Assembly (NCBI RefSeq): GCF_018350175.1
Contig: NC_058368.1
Span: forward strand, 216,134,001-216,198,000
Origin: Felis catus
Taxonomy: Eukaryota
Length of the DNA stretch: 64,000 nucleotides
Direction of reading: 5' to 3'
Shown piece by piece: positions 12,432 through 26,560 of the stretch. The notes under the pieces are model-generated. The model saw nothing but the letters and a program-made list of their open reading frames with translations, was not told the origin of the DNA and did not search any database. Numbering within the stretch: the first letter of the stretch is position 1; the number at the start of each line of letters is the position of its first letter. Position numbers and translations under genes: made by a program.

Positions 12432-15400
12432 TATGTAATATTTTATTGCTAGGTACGAGTAGGGATACGGTAATGTCACTACTCTGGATAAAGATTTTAG
12501 GAACAAAGGTTTTTGAAAGGCAAGGTGAGAAGAAGAAAGATCAGTAATAAGCAATTATTTTATTCCTGCAGACTTTACCATAGTTAGGAGAGGTCTTAAA
12601 AATATAAGTGAGACATTATATCTCAGAAAAATGGTCATATGCTAAATACTGACGTTGACGTGTCTAGAAGACATTACTATCATTTCTATCCTCTGAGGTA
12701 AAAAGCAGAAAATGCCTTAGAATGTGCACTTCTCTCTGGCTCACCGCTCTGTCTCCGTCAACATTTATATGTAGCTTCATCCTCCTTTAATTCTTATCTC
12801 TCTTTATATGTCACTTCCATAAGGAGTTCGTCACTCAGAAACCTATCAAAATAATCACTGGTCATGACTTTTCCCCTGCGCTAATTTTCTTCATCATGCA
12901 CTTATCACTTTCTGGCATTGTATTGTGTACGTTATTTGCCTGACGCTATTAATCTGAAACATGCAATAATAATTTTGGAAGCAGAACAAATGGATTAGGT
13001 AACAGGTATGATCTCATCCTAGTCAGTGCTACAATTACAAGAACTGCTCACGATCAATTTTACACTATATGGTTATTGTTAAGGATCCAACTATTTTTTG
13101 CCTGCCTCGATAATTAGAAGGATGAAAATTCCTTAGTTCAATTATACATATTAAAATTATCATGTGAAATAATAATGATTTTGGTGACCATCAATGCAAT
13201 ATTTATCTTTCCATTTATTTTTCTGACAGCACCTAATTAGATTCTATGAAATATCTGAATACTGTAGCCTGTGTAGGTATTTACACAGATATTTAGGCCG
13301 GGTGGCACTGTGTGGTTCATCCGTTGTCACCTCTCAGGTGACATAAACCCAACCTTTTGACATTTAGCTATGATTGAGGGAAAAGGAGAGTACTGTTCTG
13401 ATCTGAACTTCTGTTGGTCATAAAAAATGTACCTACTGCCTGCTTTTCTTCCACTGTAAACTTACATTTGCCACTGAATGTTACTTACATTTAGTGATTA
13501 GAGATATTTATAAGAGACCACATTTTATTTTTCTGCTTATTCTTGTCTTACTCAGAGTCTTCAATGAGGCCTGACATTGGGTTAACAAGCTTTTACAATG
13601 AGAAGCTTTGCAGGAGAAATTTAACTAGTGTCTCAGGTTTCCAGGGATAACACCCAGCAGCTAAACCATTAAGATAATTACAAGGAAACAGGAGTGAACT
13701 GAGGCAGTTTGTCAGAGCGAGAAATCGCAGATCTAACTTAATTGAATTCTCTGAATAATGATAAAAAAAAATGCATCACTTTAAACACAGAAAGGAATTT
13801 TAAGTCAAGTCCTAAGCCACTAGCAATATCTCATTATAATAGGAGTCACTAAGTAGAATGATTTAAACGTGCTGAATATGAAACATTTTCTAGCATACAT
13901 AAATAGTATGAGTTTTTAAAAGTCTTTATCATAATCCTGGAATATTTAAATACAAATACAGATATTAGGCTTTGCTCTACTTTTGCCAATTTTTAAAAGC
14001 GTAATTGCAGCAGACTTATTTTTTCATCAATAAATGAGGTGATATACAGATGATTTAATTTGTTTTAAGTATACTGACTCTGCAGGAAAATGATCCATAA
14101 TAATTTAAAGGACGATTTACTTTAATATTTGATACATCCTAGGAAGAGAGGACAAGTGGTTTCTGTGTTTATTTCATATCACTTTGAAGCTCGTAACTAA
14201 GTGATTGTTTCATATTCCACTTACTATGGTTCAAATGGACCCTGCTGTAAAATTTCCAAAGCAAAATATATTTTAATGATATTCTAGACACATAATAGCT
14301 TAGACATATCGTCTACAAAAATTGCCTGTCTCGATTTTCAAATGGTCTTGGATTTTTTTCAACAGATCGTGTAGAAAATTTGCTATTTAGTCATGAAATT
14401 TCTTTGACAAATGATGACTCCCAACAGATTTGGAAATCAATGGTCATTAAATGCTTTCAATTATTTGAATTTACTTGGTTTGGTATATTTTTAGTAATTG
14501 GAGAAATGCAGAAATGTAATTTTAGTATTTGTTTTATTCAGCATATACTGTAGGTTATTTCATCTTTATAGATATGTAATTGGAGAAGGGCAACACATAA
14601 GCTTCTTATCACAACATTAATTCCTTCTATTAAGTTTGCATCTCCTATCTTTGACCGCGAAGGCATCGCCTGTCACATTTATTGCCATGTTCGAGAAACT
14701 GTCAGCCAAAATGAAGGAATCTGATAGACTGCTTACTCCAGAAAGGAGTGATTACTGGAAATGTAATCTCTAATGTTTCCAAGTCTATTGATTCGAATTT
14801 ACTTTCAATAAGTATTATTTTTTTCTAAAACTGAATGCATGGACCTATTAACATGCAGAATCAGGAACATCATTTGAAGTCCTATTACCAAATATAGGCA
14901 ACGTGTTCAGCTGGGAACACTGCCATTCATCCAACTTGCCTCCATGTAAAATTACCTAATTCTTTAAATCTCAGAACAAAAAAGCCCTGGGGAATGAGAG
15001 AAGATTACTTTGTCTGTCTGTAGAAAAAGCCCACTTGTCTTTACTTTATCTTCGCCTTGTATGTGATGGATGATTGAAAATAAAATTATTTTCATTAAGC
15101 TCTAATATAAATAGTCTCTTTCCTTTACCTCCTTGATTCGCAGTTAGTTGCCGATTCTGCATGTACAATTGAATGCCTATATTTGCTACCATTTCATTTC
15201 ATATCATTTATCATAAAATATGGAGGGCCACTATTTAAGTCATCCAGACTTCAGTGTGTGCTGTTCTGACAAAAACAGGTTAGAATTCTAGAGGATTTAA
15301 TATATTACTTTGCTGGATTTACACATATGAAATTATTCTGGGTGAGTGTGCAAAGTCAAGTAGTAGGATTTTATGGCACATGGAAATTCCAGAGCTGACT

Positions 15401-15898
15401 TGAATCTGGCTATTCAACCTAGTTTCAGTGATGAAAAATATAATACATTAGTGGGTATATCAAGTAGGCATGAAACAACAAATATAACATTTGAATAGAA
15501 TCCCTTCTTGCCTAATGACTAATCAGCTTATGTGGCCTTAGTCATCAAAATAATTAACTTACTTGTTTTGGTTAATTAAAAGGTAATGGTCCTGTAGTTT
15601 ACTTCATAGGTATTGCCTAAATGAGAGGTGAAAATGAACAGTTTAAAGAGTGTGCATCTTTCAGTTCAAGATGTCCAACTGAGCACACCAGTGAGACTCA
15701 TCTTACTGGCAAGATCTCGTTTAAATTATTTAAATATAAAAAAGCCATAAATCTGTCACATGCTAGAGAAAAGAACATCAGTACGTGAGAAATTTCAATA
15801 CATGTTTAAGAAATCATATAATTGATGGATAATTTAAAAATAGAAATAAAAAGAACAACATGGAATATACACTGAGCTTCAAGAGTGGTAGGAATCTC

Positions 15899-16119
15899 GG
15901 GGCACCTGGGTGGCTCAATCGATTAAGAGTCTGACTTTGGCTCAGGTCATGATCTCACAGTTCCTGAGTTCGAGCCCCGCATCAGGCTCTGTGCTGACAG
16001 CTTAGAGTCTGGACCCTGCTTCAAATTCTGTGTCTCCCTCTTTCTCTGCTCCTCCCCTGCTCATGCTCTGTCTCTCTCTTTCCTTCAAAAAATAAATAAA
16101 TAAATAAATAAATAAAAAT
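15899..16119 (+). mobile_element. CanSINE
   Basis: Full body with (AAAT)n tail; TSD agtggtaggaatct at 15884-15897 / 16120-16133. Confidence 0.96.
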
Positions 16120-16548
16120 AGTGGTAGGAATCTACATATTGGCACAATTACAAATGGACTACAGACTTGCTACAACAAATAACTAGCTTAAAAAATGGCC
16201 AAAAATTCAAGAATTAGTTTAAGGTTTGTATACAGACAGGCAAATACCATTTAATCTTCTACTTATTCCCAAACATGCATAAAAATAAACAAAAAAAAGC
16301 ATGCCCCAAGTTAAGAAAAAGTCATTTCCACCTTTCCTACATTATTTGATTGAATATCTTAAGAACAATAACTCATTTAATGTAGGTGTCGTTGCTCATG
16401 TGTAAAGACTAATATGACTCTTGCAAGTAGAATAACTTATGCAGGTTCATCGAGGGCCGAGTCAGATTTTCCAGTCTCACTTCCTAAAACCTTAGGAATC
16501 AAACATTCAGTCAAATAAGCCAAGATAAACACGCGGAAAACAAAACCT

Positions 16549-16896
16549 GGGTTAAAAATCTGTCTCTCCAAAATTCATATGTTGAATCCTAACCCTCAGT
16601 GTGATGGTATTTAGAATGGGGTCTGGGAGAGGATTAGATCACAAGGGTAGAGCCTTCATGGATAAGAACCTTGGGCTTATAAAAGAGACCCCCAGAAAGT
16701 TCCCTGGCTACTCCTGCCACCTGAAGATGCAAAGAAGACAGCAGTCTATGAACCAGAAAGCAGGTTCTCGCCAGACACCCACTGTACTAGCACCCTGATC
16801 TTGCACTTACCACCCTCTAGAACTGGTAGAAATAAGTTGTTTATAAGCCATTCAGTCTATGGTATTTTTGCTATAGCAGCCTGAAGGGCCTAGACA
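16549..16896 (+). mobile_element. MLT1A-like MaLR LTR
   Basis: ccaaaattcatatgttgaatcctaacc...ctctagaactg..agaaataa..gtttataagcca..cagtctatggtattt..tatagcagcctgaa. Confidence 0.85.
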
Positions 16897-17329
16897 GGCA
16901 AAAACGTAAGATAAACAAACAGAAAACATGACTCAAGTTGAAAGAACTAATGCAGAGAAGATCTCAAAACTACAAAGATAACCATTCTCTTGGCTTTTTT
17001 TTTTAAGATACTTTAGGAGATCTTTTTATACACAGGACAACAAGAAACTTTGGAACAAATGAACAAACAGAAAATTGTGAATAAGAATGATATCTAAGAA
17101 ATCAAGGGTATTACTCAAAATAGCAATACAATATTTCCAAGATAATGCAAAGCAAATTAACAAAGAGATGAACAATTTAAGAGTAATGAGAACAAAGATA
17201 AGAAATGTTATCCCAAAGCTAAAATCCAAAAAACAGTAGTCACAAAGAGAATTCAGAGATTTAAATTACAATGAAACTGATAGATTATGTTCTAATGTTG
17301 AAAAGAGACATTAGGTCTTCAGAAAAGGG

Positions 17330-17668
17330 GCCAGCCATTTGGTGGGGATAATTCTATGTGGTCATTCCATGTGATATCTTTGATGGACTAGTTTTGGCTT
17401 CTTCACAGCATAGCAGCTGGGTTCCAGGAGTGAGGGTCCCAATAATACAAGTTTCAAGTGTGTGTGGAATTGTATTAATCTAGTCTTGGAATTCACATGA
17501 CATAATATTTGCTGTCTCTATTGATCAAAACACCACAATATTTGTTCTCACATATTAAATAGGAGTGGACAGAGACCCCACCATGTGATGGGAAAAGTGA
17601 CAAAGTAAGAAGGCTATGTAGGGCGGGAGACATTTTTGTAGCCATCTTAGAAAACTCAATATGCCACA
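17330..17668 (-). mobile_element. Old MLT1-type MaLR LTR fragment
   Basis: ggcttcttcacagcatagcagctgggttccagg...gtagccatcttagaaaa..tatgccaca. Confidence 0.65.
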
Positions 17669-19160
17669 CCCTTGTTGACAGGAAAAAAAATAAGAAATTA
17701 CAGAGAAATAGACAAAAAATATTGAAAGTGTCATCTATAAAGGACAAAAATCGTGCTAGCATCTGATGACACCTTTAAATTTTGAAAAAAAAGAAGTGGT
17801 TTCTAACTTGACCTATCTATTATTTTATGTGCCAAATACTTGAAGAAAAATTATAGCCATTTATTTTTGTGAATGCATGTGTAGACCAATAACTGGTCTC
17901 CCCATTCATTCTTCCTCAGGATGGTACTTGAATATATAGTCCAAAAATGAAAATATGACAACGAACAAAGAAACAATTATAGAATTAAAGAAACAGTGGA
18001 TAATTTAAAGAGATATCTTATCTTAGAAAAACATGTTAGTTGTCTCAAGAATATCTATATGGAATCAAATATTAACAATGGAAGAAGTAATAATAAGCTG
18101 GCTGATATCAGTAATAGTTTGGAGGAGGGATATGTTTATCCTCCCAAGTAGAAAATAAGAGAAATGTAAATGCTAAGAAACAAAACAACCAAACAAAAAT
18201 GTGAAGTAAATGAAAGTGTGCTATATTTAAAGAAATGGCTGTATGTAAGAAAGATGACTCAATTTGACCTTCTTTTAATTCTATAAACTTTATAAGGCCT
18301 GGAGACATTGGACAGAAGTGAGTCAATAATAACAGACCATTCGTTTCAATAACAAATTATACTTGCATAGCTACAAAGTATAAACACTCTACTGTATCTT
18401 TAAATGTAAAATGACATGTGAAAAAAGAAAAAGAAATAGAATCACAACGAACAAACTGATTCTGTCAACGTGAAAGGAAAGCAGCTGTGACCACCTTGGG
18501 GAGTGGAAGAAGGAGCCTAGAGGTAAAGAGAAGCACTTTTGTGATGGAGGGCGCAACAATTCTTGTTTTACCAGAGGAGAAACAAGACATGGTGTGAACA
18601 TTAGCTGATCCCTAAATAATTTTAAAATTTCAATGAATTTTAAATTTTAAATAAATTTTAAATACACAAAGGTAATCCATAGAGAAACAGCACTTAGAAA
18701 AGGAGAAAGAAAAGGAAAGAGAAAAACAAAATAGAGCAGAGAGAAGAGACAGGGTATAAGGTGGGCTGACTCTTTCTGGAACCACAAGGTTGAGAAATTG
18801 TGCCATAGCGGTATACAATGTAATGTGGAAACACAGTTTGAATTGCCAGAGGACTAAACAACAGAAAGAAATAATTGAAAGGAGTTGATTTGGGAAGGGG
18901 TGGGCATGAGGCAGGGGTAGAGGGGAGCTACTCTTTCTCATTATCATTCCTACCATGCAATTCCAGTTTTTAACACAGTGGATACATGCTACTTTCATAA
19001 AATTAACAGTAATACAAAGTCTGCTCACATTTATGGCTCTTACATGAAGCCAGTCATTACTAACATGATGGATTCAGACAAATCCCATGGGAAAAATGAT
19101 GAATGATCGAAAAAGAAGTAAAAGTTAAAGAGGGCATAAGCTACTTCTAACATGTGACAC

Positions 19161-19322
19161 GGGGCACCTAGGAGGCTCAGTTGGTTAAGCATCTGACTTC
19201 AGGTGAGGTCATGATCTTGTGGTTCCTGAGTTTGAGCTCCATATTGGGCTCTGGGCCGACAGCTCAGGGCCTGGAGCCTGCTTCGGATTCTGTGTCTTCT
19301 CTCTCTCTGCCCATCCCCCACC

Positions 19323-19368
<46 letters not shown>

Positions 19369-19390
19369 AATAAATAAACATTTTAAAAAA
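19161..19390 (+). mobile_element. CanSINE (first of a tandem pair)
   Basis: ggggcacctaggaggctcag head, long (CT)n and A tail. Confidence 0.93.
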
Positions 19391-19401
19391 TAAGATTTGT
19401 A

Positions 19402-19620
19402 GGGGCATCTGGGTGGCTCAGTCGGTTGAGCATCTGACTTTGGCTCAGGTCATCGTCTCGCGGTCTGAGTTTGAGCCCTGCATGGGGCTCTGTGCTGACA
19501 GTTCAGAGCCTGGAGCCTGTTTCAGATTCTGGGTCTCCCCCTTTCTCTGTCCCTCCCCAACTCATGCTCGGTCTCTCTTGCTCTCAAAAATAAATAAAAC
19601 ATATATATTTTTTTAAATAA
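19402..19620 (+). mobile_element. CanSINE (second of a tandem pair)
   Basis: ggggcatctgggtggctcag head; flanked by aaataagatttgt / aaataagatgttgt. Confidence 0.93.
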
Positions 19621-20068
19621 ATAAGATGTTGTGACTTACAAAGGGATATTTCTTAGTTGCTCATGTCAGGAGATAATGAATTATGTTTGTATAGTATGTT
19701 AAAGGATATGTCTCCATTTAAATGAGAACCATGAAGTATTACATAACTGACCTACATGGGAAACAGAATGACTCACGAAATAAGTTCTTCTACACTAAAA
19801 CATAAAAACAAAGTCATAGTGAAGAGATATCCATATGGTTTATATATTTTAAAATAGATATCAGCACACTTATAAAATGATCACATTGTATACAGAGACA
19901 GTCGGTGAACAATTAAGGTTTCTGAGTGTGAAATAAAACCAAAGAAAGACCACATAAAAATAATTTTATTGGCAATAACTGCTGGGCAATTATAGATCTA
20001 TTTCTACAGCCTGGCAAAAAACAAGTTTCAATACGAATTCAATTCTTAAAACAATCATTGCAAATATG

Positions 20069-20070
<2 letters not shown>

Positions 20071-20107
<37 letters not shown>
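20071..20107. repeat. (AT)n microsatellite
   Basis: Seen directly. Confidence 0.95.
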
Positions 20108-20109
<2 letters not shown>

Positions 20110-21009
20110 CAAAACACTGATTTCTTTGCTTCCATCATTTTGGAGTGAAAACCTTAAAGCTGTCATCTGTGCATATGAAATACAATCATATTCATGAATA
20201 TGAAACAAAGATTAATGTTATTCCTGATTGGAAAGCCATGCGTGAAGTTTGCATCAGAGGTGCAGGGTATAAGAATAGAAGGGGGCGGCAGCCTTCTGTG
20301 AGACAGAGTAATAAAGACCTTCTGCTGTTCTAATATTATAGACGATGGCTGACGTGCTCTGTTCTGGGCTGAATATATGCCACCAGCTAAAGTTGAATGA
20401 ATCACCACTGCCTGATCAGCACTTCCCTTCAGCAGCAGTACAATCAATACATCTGAATATAATTCCAGGAAGTCTTTGTTTTTGAAGATTCTAAGAAGCT
20501 ATACCACATTTAGGATTATGCGTCAATCATTTAGCCTTAGTGGCTCAATTAAGGAAAGTAGAAATTTAAATCTAATGAGATTTATTTTTGGCTTATGTGA
20601 AATAAATACAATAACCTCTTTCAAAAAGCTATAAACTAAAACCTAATCTAATCAACTGCTCTGATTACAACTTTAATGGACATGTAATACCAAGATAGCA
20701 TGAAATGAAATAATGCAAAAATTACTCACATATTCTTGATGCTTTTATTTTATAGTTTGAACAAGTAATGAACAATTAATTGTCTGACTTGTATGTGTAT
20801 TTTATTTTGCCTTTTAGTTTTGCTTAGAAGAATCTTTCAAGTATTTATGTAATTAAAATTGTACAACAGTCCTCTATTCAGAGCTACTTAACTTTAAGAA
20901 TCATTCATATAGAACTTCCAGCTGCTCTGAATCCTCAAACATCTGGAAAGACCAAATAGCCTACAGGTCCTATAACCAAAGTGAGGAAAAAAAAAAAAAA
21001 GTACTAAAA

Positions 21010-21540
21010 CACAATCAGCTTATTTGTGGACTCTCACTATTCCATTGATATATGATATGTCAGCACTACAAAGTCCTGATTAATCTAGCTTTGTGGTAAA
21101 TTTTGATTTTGAGAAGTGTGAATCTTCCAAATTCATTCTTTTTATTTTTATGTATTTATTTTTTTTAAACATGTATTTATTTTTGAGATAGAGACAGAGA
21201 CAGAGTGTGAGCAGGGGAGGGGCAGAGAGAGAGGCAGACACAGTATCTGAAGCGGGATTGAAGCCCTGAGCTGTCAGCACAGAGCCCAACAAAGGGCTAA
21301 AACTCACAAACTATGAGATCATGACCTGAGCCTAAGTCAGAAGCTTACCTGACTGAGCCACCCAGGCACACCTGTTTTTTTTAAAGAGTGGTTTTGCTAC
21401 ACTTAATCCTTTCTCTTTACATATGAATTTTAGGATAAGCTTGGCAGTTTCTGAAAGCCAGGCACCTAATACTTTGATAAAGATTGTATAGAACCGGTAG
21501 ATCAATTTGAGGAACACTTGACGTGGATTCATGTTGAGGA
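21010..21540 (-). mobile_element. Old L1M ORF2 fragment, interrupted by a SINE
   Basis: Minus-strand translation LKLIYRFYTIFIK..KLILKFICK resembles the L1 ORF2 segment [20 protein letters not shown] seen in copy B. Confidence 0.75.
21140..21372 (-). mobile_element. CanSINE
   Basis: Full body ending gactgagccacccaggcacacc. Confidence 0.93.
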
Positions 21541-22344
21541 ACCTATCACAGTCTCCGCAAGACAGCATTCAGCAAGCACTCCTGGTAAGAAATACCAAGC
21601 ACACGAGTAACATGAGTGAATAAATTAGCCCTGCTGTTGTAAATGTGTGACATAATGGAGTTCCCAAACAGTAGCTACACAAACAGGCAATGTCAGTTCC
21701 CAAACAGCAGAATGTAAGCAGGTATTTCCTGAACATTCAGGATTTTTTTTTAACACGTTCCTGTCTACCTACTGGCATTTAGATGACAGTACATTTCATG
21801 TCGGTAAATAATAAAGGTCAGAAAGAAATCTGACTGCTTTCACTGTGATCCATATGTTACCCAGCAAAGTCTGATTTCTTGGACCTTTTCTTAAGAAATA
21901 CAAGTCTTTCAACAATACAATTTTAAACACACTTTATGGGTGTTGTACTGTCACTCTAGTATAACTCTTGGGAACACTCCCAGAGTGTCCCCCAATTATA
22001 TCAATACATACTGTTTAGTGCCATCGCACTCAGCATTTTTTATTATTACAACATTTCCCCCTTCCTAAAGTACTATTTGGACTACTATTGGACTACTATT
22101 GGACTAATGTCCAATGTGCTATTTGGACATTCTTTACCCTCCACCTTTTGAAGATGGGATTTTTCCCCCTGACTCACTGTTTGTTCAGCCTTGCCCCCTT
22201 AGGGACAAAATTGACAATGGTCTCCTGCTGAGAAAATGTTCAGCCTGATGTTGAAATCTTTCTCATCACATGTTGAAATGTGTGAGTCATTATGGTTTTA
22301 AAAACTATAATTTGGATATCCATCATTAAAATTGTCATTCTGAG

Positions 22345-22377
<33 letters not shown>

Positions 22378-22589
22378 AAGCAAATAGTAAATGATCCTGG
22401 ATTAAATAATATTTTTTAAAAAGATATCTTTCATTTTGTATAATTTGTGATTATAGTCTATGGATATACTGTTACACATGCACATGAACACACACACATT
22501 TTTTCTCCCATAACTATTAGCTAGGACCCATAGAATAGGAGCATTAGACTCTCCTCCTAGAGGGATTTTTGGCAAGAAAGTCATGATAC

Positions 22590-22591
22590 AA

Positions 22592-22626
<35 letters not shown>

Positions 22627-22629
22627 ATA
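22590..22629. repeat. (AAAT)n microsatellite
   Basis: Seen directly. Confidence 0.95.
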
Positions 22630-24894
22630 CTTACATACTTCTTTCTTTATTTACTTACTTATTTTTGCTCCTGTCCTTGGGAAAAAATGAGTGTCTTTTT
22701 TCCTTTGTAGGGTTGTAATGACGTACTAGGTTAAAGGGTACTACTTATGTGTTTTCTATTTAACAGAATGGACAAAATAGATTCACTATGTCAATAGCTG
22801 CTTACAGGAGCCAGGGATGTATTGATTTCACCATTAAGGAGGCCATAGCTGCAAATGGAATCTTAACTTCATTAAGCTTAAGTAAACACATTTCCATTAC
22901 CCCAGATCCATCTGTCTTTTCCATTGGCTGACCAAGAGTATCAAATGGGATGTAATAGGAATCACAGCACTTGTAGTACAGTATGAGAGCAAAGGTATCG
23001 GAGTCCAAGTGCCCAGGTACAATTTTAGTTTTCTATGGCCTAGCAATGGAGCTAGGTGCATTATTTAATGTCTATGGGTTTTAGCTTAGAAAGTAATTGG
23101 GTCTGCTTCCTAGAGTTGTGGTTTAAATGCAGTGAGAAATTGTATGTAATAATAGCTGGTATCAAATAAGTATTAACATAATAATTATAATTATTTTTAT
23201 TATTGCTCATAATCTCTAACATCATTACATTTTTAATAGAGGATGTTTATTGCATGTAAGGATATGAGTATGGCCATTTTCATGAAGGAAGCAGTCTGTA
23301 GATGTTATGGCATTAGGATTCTATGGCAAAGTGCACAGAAGAGCTAACATAACTGAAAGGGAGCAGGAAGGATGTTGACTGATTTCAGATTTGAGCTACA
23401 GTTTAGAAGGATGAATATAGTCAAATTACCCTAATAATCGGTAGACATGGGTAGGATTCATTTGAAAAATGATTTAATTTTAGATGGACTTTAAGTTCAT
23501 TACCTTATATTACTCACAGGAACCGATAAAGAAGATCCTAGATGAGTCTATTAAACAAATTACTGTTTTATCTAAAAGCAAAGGGAATGTAAAAGGAAAA
23601 CAGGAAGGTCTTGGATCCATTGGAGAGTGCACACGGAATGAAATGTACATACAACTTAAGATACAATTTAAGGCAAAAGTATATAATCACGGACCACTTC
23701 TACCTCTTTGAAAGAAAAGGAGAAACAAAAAAGTATACATGTGAAGTATGACAGAGGTAGCAATATCCCATAGTACTAGATAGAACAGGAAGGACTGTTA
23801 ATGATACCATTGAAATGGAATGAATTACTTAATACTGAAAGAATTTTAAAAAATCAAATATTGAGAGAAATCGCATTTTCCTGAAATCCAAATGTTTCTA
23901 CTTAGTTTTCAAGGAGTAGTCACTGTGGATAGATAAAAGACAGTCTCAGTGCAGATATCTGCTGAAGGCAACTCCGCAGTTGAAGTAAATGTAGAAATAA
24001 TAGAACAGACTCCCTTAAGGAACAAACTCTGAAGGAGAAAGTTTTGTGTCAGCCTCCTACACTCTAGAATAAGAGAAAGCAGAAAACACAAATAGAGATG
24101 TTTGAAGAAGGAGAAAGATGAGGTGGCAGAGAAATCTTATGATCTTAATTGATATAAAACAAATAAAAAAGGTGAGTGTTAAGAACGCCTATGAAAAATA
24201 CCTGAGGAAATGTGTCTTGTGGACTTGCCTCATCTATGTAATAGAGGGTATCTTGATCACATGAAGAAGTGGGAGCTTGCTTAGCAATCCGTTCAGCATA
24301 AAATGTGCATTTATTTAGCACCATAGCGAGAGCTACAATGTTTATAAGATCCCCACATGAACTTTGGAAACAAAATCCCTTACTAGATGAGGACGTTTGT
24401 ATTTCATTCGTCTATTAACACAAACATGTTCACAAGACTCTAATGCCGATGGTTCATTCTGAAAGCTGGTGAAATTCAAAGTATAAAAATTCAGAATAAG
24501 ATTTGTATAGGATCTAGTAGAATCTCAAAGATTCAGTGGCAGGCAAACCAACTTTGTCACTGAATTTGGGCTAGAAAGAAAACACTCCGTGTGTATGTCC
24601 TGTTAAACAGGTATATATGAGTAGTAGCCATCCCTGGACTTAACGAGATGTTTAGTTTGTTGTGAAAGTATCATAAAAGTGAAGCAAGTCTTTAGCAAGT
24701 CACACCAGAGGACCTGAAGGAAAAAAATAAAGGCTGGGCATTTAAACAAAATGTATAAAATGGGTACTTTACAACATACTTCTCATTTTTAACTAACTCA
24801 TATGGAAAGGAGACTTCTGTTGCCAGATTATCTATAGTAGATTCTCGAACATCCAAACTTCTGCATTAGCTAGAACCAGCCAATTAAATGACAA

Positions 24895-25058
24895 GATATA
24901 GATATAGATGATATAGATAGATAGGTATATATTATTTATATATAGATATATATATATTTATATATAGATATATAGGTATATATTTATCTATATTTATATA
25001 TATATAGATAGATAGGTATATATTATTCATATATATAATAATTTATTAATATATATAA
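24895..25058. repeat. Degenerate TA/TAGA low-complexity tract
   Basis: Seen directly; the unit atagataggtatatattatt recurs. Confidence 0.9.
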
Positions 25059-25719
25059 AACATCAAGGAGCTGTAAGACAGCACGAAAATGGTAAACTAA
25101 CATTTTAGGGAGAACGTGCCTGTCCACGGTGAGATGCACATCACTAGATGCTTTGTTTGCAGGTGTTATTATCAGTTCTGAGGACCGATAAGGATCTGAA
25201 TTGGAAATGGGCAAAACATGGAGACTTTTAGAAATGAAAGGAGTCCACCATTGCACAGTTAGTGTCCCCTTTGGGACTTTTGGGGAACATACTGGAGGCT
25301 GTGGATTCTATAACACAAGCTTTTAAATCGTTATATGAGTTTGTCTTCAGCCTCAAAGTTAAGAGCACACAAAGTCCTGATGAAGAGAGTGAATCTGTTA
25401 CAAATATGTGATAAAAGTTGAAGCTCTTTCTCCCGAGAGGTCTGTGAGTACAGCTCACAATCTATCAGGACAGAACTAAACCTCCTGCTGTCTTGCCCAT
25501 ATAAAGAAACAAAGTTCTACCAGTTATTGACCAGAAGCCTGGGAAGAATATTCTGGAATTAACAAGATTGAATGAATCTTATTCTTTATATTGAGAATGA
25601 CTTATTACTTTTTTTTTTCTTGTTAGTGGGGCAGAGTGAACCTGGCTATTTTGAAAAATTTCATCTTGATCCTCTATGATTCTTTTACACAACATTCCCA
25701 GCACACTAAGTATGGGAAA

Positions 25720-26560
25720 AGGTACAAAAGAGTGACTGATAATGAAGCAAACAAAAATATAGAATCAGATTCATAGATAATCCGGGTATTGGGATTTGAA
25801 GAAAGTGCTTTAAAATAACCATGAGAAAATAATGATCAACCTGAAGAAAATGGAAACGTTCAATGCTTTCAATAGAGCAATCTATCGGAGAGATTCATTT
25901 GTGTATTCAATAACTGAATATAAATAATTTGCAGTTGTGCTTTATAGTATACTGAACAAAACGAGAAAGCGAATGACTATGCCCAATGAACCATCCATAG
26001 AACATATCCAAACTGAAGTAGGAGACAGAAAGCAAACAGACCGTGTAAGATCCATGTAGATCAGGGTCAACACGCCTAACATGTATGTAATTGGAATCAC
26101 AAAAAGAAGAGAGAAAGAGAATAACAAAGGTATTTGACAAAGTAGTGATTAAGAAGTTTCCTAAAGTGATGAAAAGCATTACATCACAGAGTGAATGAAC
26201 TCAACTCACACTATATATGAAAAACAAACATATGCACACGTGCACACACACACACACATTCATACATATCAAGGCACATCATGATCAAACTGGTGAATAT
26301 CCAAGCACAGAACACTTTTAAAAGCAGCCGGGGAAGAACAATACTAATTTAAAATGAAATAATAAGACAAGGGGCTGACTTTTCAGTAGAAACTATTGGA
26401 AATAAAAAGCAAATTTGTGAAAACAAAATTTAATTTATATTTATATAGCTAGAAGAAAATATATCAGATTGAAGAACAAATACCTTTTGGACAAATGCAA
26501 ACAAACTGAGAAAAGTCATCACTGACGCTAAAAAACATAAATGAAGTTCACCAGAATTAG
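25720..26560 (+). mobile_element. Ancient L1 5'/ORF1-region fragment
   Basis: A-rich degenerate ORF1-like motifs (gtaattggaatcacaaaaagaagagag; aggcacatcatgatcaaactg; gctgacttttcagtagaaact). Confidence 0.6.
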
